Shown in pieces: positions 62,751 through 64,000 of a stretch of 64,000 nucleotides of DNA. Made by a program: the position numbers and the translations under genes. Position 1 is the first letter of the stretch, and the number at the start of each line of letters is the position of its first letter. This DNA is from Azolla caroliniana. Taxonomy: Eukaryota; Plantae; Polypodiophyta. The DNA lies in NCBI GenBank assembly GCA_043228905.1, contig JBHGNT010000018.1:7626001-7690000 (forward strand), read 5' to 3'. Under the pieces are notes generated by a model. That model had not been told where the DNA came from, made no database searches, and was given only the letters and a program-made list of their open reading frames with translations.

Positions 62751-63060
62751 ATGTCAACAACGAGTTGTCTGTTTCATTTGCCAGAGCTTTTGCATACGTG
62801 TATTGCAAAACAACGAAGGAATCTCGTGACCCTGAAATGTACAAGGTACCTTGGGCAATTTATGGTGAGGCATCGGTAGAAAGATGTCGGAAGATGGGGA
62901 GCTTGCAACAAAAAATGGCAAGATTTTGGAGTATGGTAGTTGATGATGCAATTGCCGACTCCCAGCAAACCTGCAAGTATACGCCACACCAACACACAAT
63001 CAAAGCCAATGTCGATGATACATGTGAGACATTGATTAGCTATATGCTAAAAAATGTCCG
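62751..63060 (+). pseudogene. Paralogous exon of the RING-gene family
   Basis: DVNNELSVSFARAFAYVYC...MYKVPWA...VDDA...NVDDTCETLISYMLKNV aligns by eye to 22110-22420 on the minus strand. Confidence 0.8.
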
Positions 63061-63107
63061 GCCGTAAGTGTACGCCACACCAACACACAATCAAACCCTT
63101 CTCTGTG

Positions 63108-64000
63108 TTGTCGGCCGTAAGTGTATGCTCTGGTGGATGGGGTTCCACTTGGGCGGTGGTTTCGCTGTCTAGTATTGCAGGGGACTCCGCTCGCCATTTC
63201 GTGTTGTTCATCGTAGTGGTAATTTCTGGTGACATGGCCTAAGGCTCCTCTTGTTCGGCAGTATCCGGAATTGGTGTCGCGATGGATTCCTCATTCGTTC
63301 GCGTGCTGCCGGCTTGTGTGATCTGGTGAAACAGGTCCTCCTGACTTTCGCCAAAATCATCTCGTAGCTGCGCCAGTTCTTTGGAATGTTGGTCCGCTAG
63401 CGTGTGATAGTCCTGCGCTAGGTCCTCGCGTACTGCCGCAATTCTTTCCTCATTGAGTTTATAGAGGCCTCGACCGTCTTTCCTCCGATTCTCCCAATCC
63501 TCTCAATACGTATGCAATTCCGCCGCTTGTGTAGCCCACGCCATCCATCCTTTGTCTAGCGTCGCTTTTAATTGCGCCGTAAACCTCTCCCGATTCGTTT
63601 GCAGAAGAATGTGCACGGTGTCTGTTATGGCTTGGCAACGGTTGCGTGTTTCTTCTACAGATTTCTTGAGGTTTGCAATTTCTTGTTGATTAACTGCCGC
63701 CGCTTCCTCATACGTGCTCCTCATACCTGCCCAAAGCTGGGATTCCTTCACATGTAGTTCTTCCAGTTTTCCCATTTCATTGTTCAGGCGGATTTTGAGC
63801 TGATGCCTTCTCTCCTGTTCTCCCACCAGTTACTCGTCGAACCATGCTTTCTTTTTCTCTAATAAGTCTCGGAGTCCCGCAATAGCCGCTTTCGATTTTT
63901 TCACTTCCTCCTGTAATTGGGCATTTCCTTCTTTCGTTCGGGTATGTTGTGCTGTCTCCGCTGCGAGTTTCTATTCAAGGGTCTTCACCGCCTTTCGGCC
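63108..64000 (-). other. Decayed coiled-coil ORF of unknown, probably TE, origin
   Basis: Heptad-rich E/K/Q fragments (63503-63826) with nearby stops and no diagnostic motif. Confidence 0.35.

Overview
Plant nuclear DNA, roughly 90% nested transposable elements. The host is probably a fern, inferred from the editing pattern of a mitochondrial insert. The only intact host gene is a single-exon At1g29790/At5g40830-family SAM methyltransferase (29377-30750, minus strand). The left third is a nested stack. A spliced, decayed RING-H2/coiled-coil gene in a hAT-like element (end at 23841) has a TAGCTAAT palindrome-array intron. That intron holds a Tcn1-like self-priming chromovirus (3589-20711). The chromovirus in turn holds an RTEX-like LINE in its LTR (GA)n tract and a very young Reina-like chromovirus (10104-17130). 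The right half contains several decayed or chimeric Ty1/copia elements, a Tat-like gypsy element carrying a nad7 exon1/intron NUMT, and two more relatives of the TAGCTAAT-array family. The most notable unexplained signals are a CRISPR-like array of five hairpin repeats with unique spacers in the young chromovirus 5' leader, antisense tRNA-like Pol III modules in two unrelated LTRs, the RING-gene/palindrome-array mobile family, and a conserved read-through tail after RNase H in one copia family. All boundaries were read by eye and no alignments or database searches were run.
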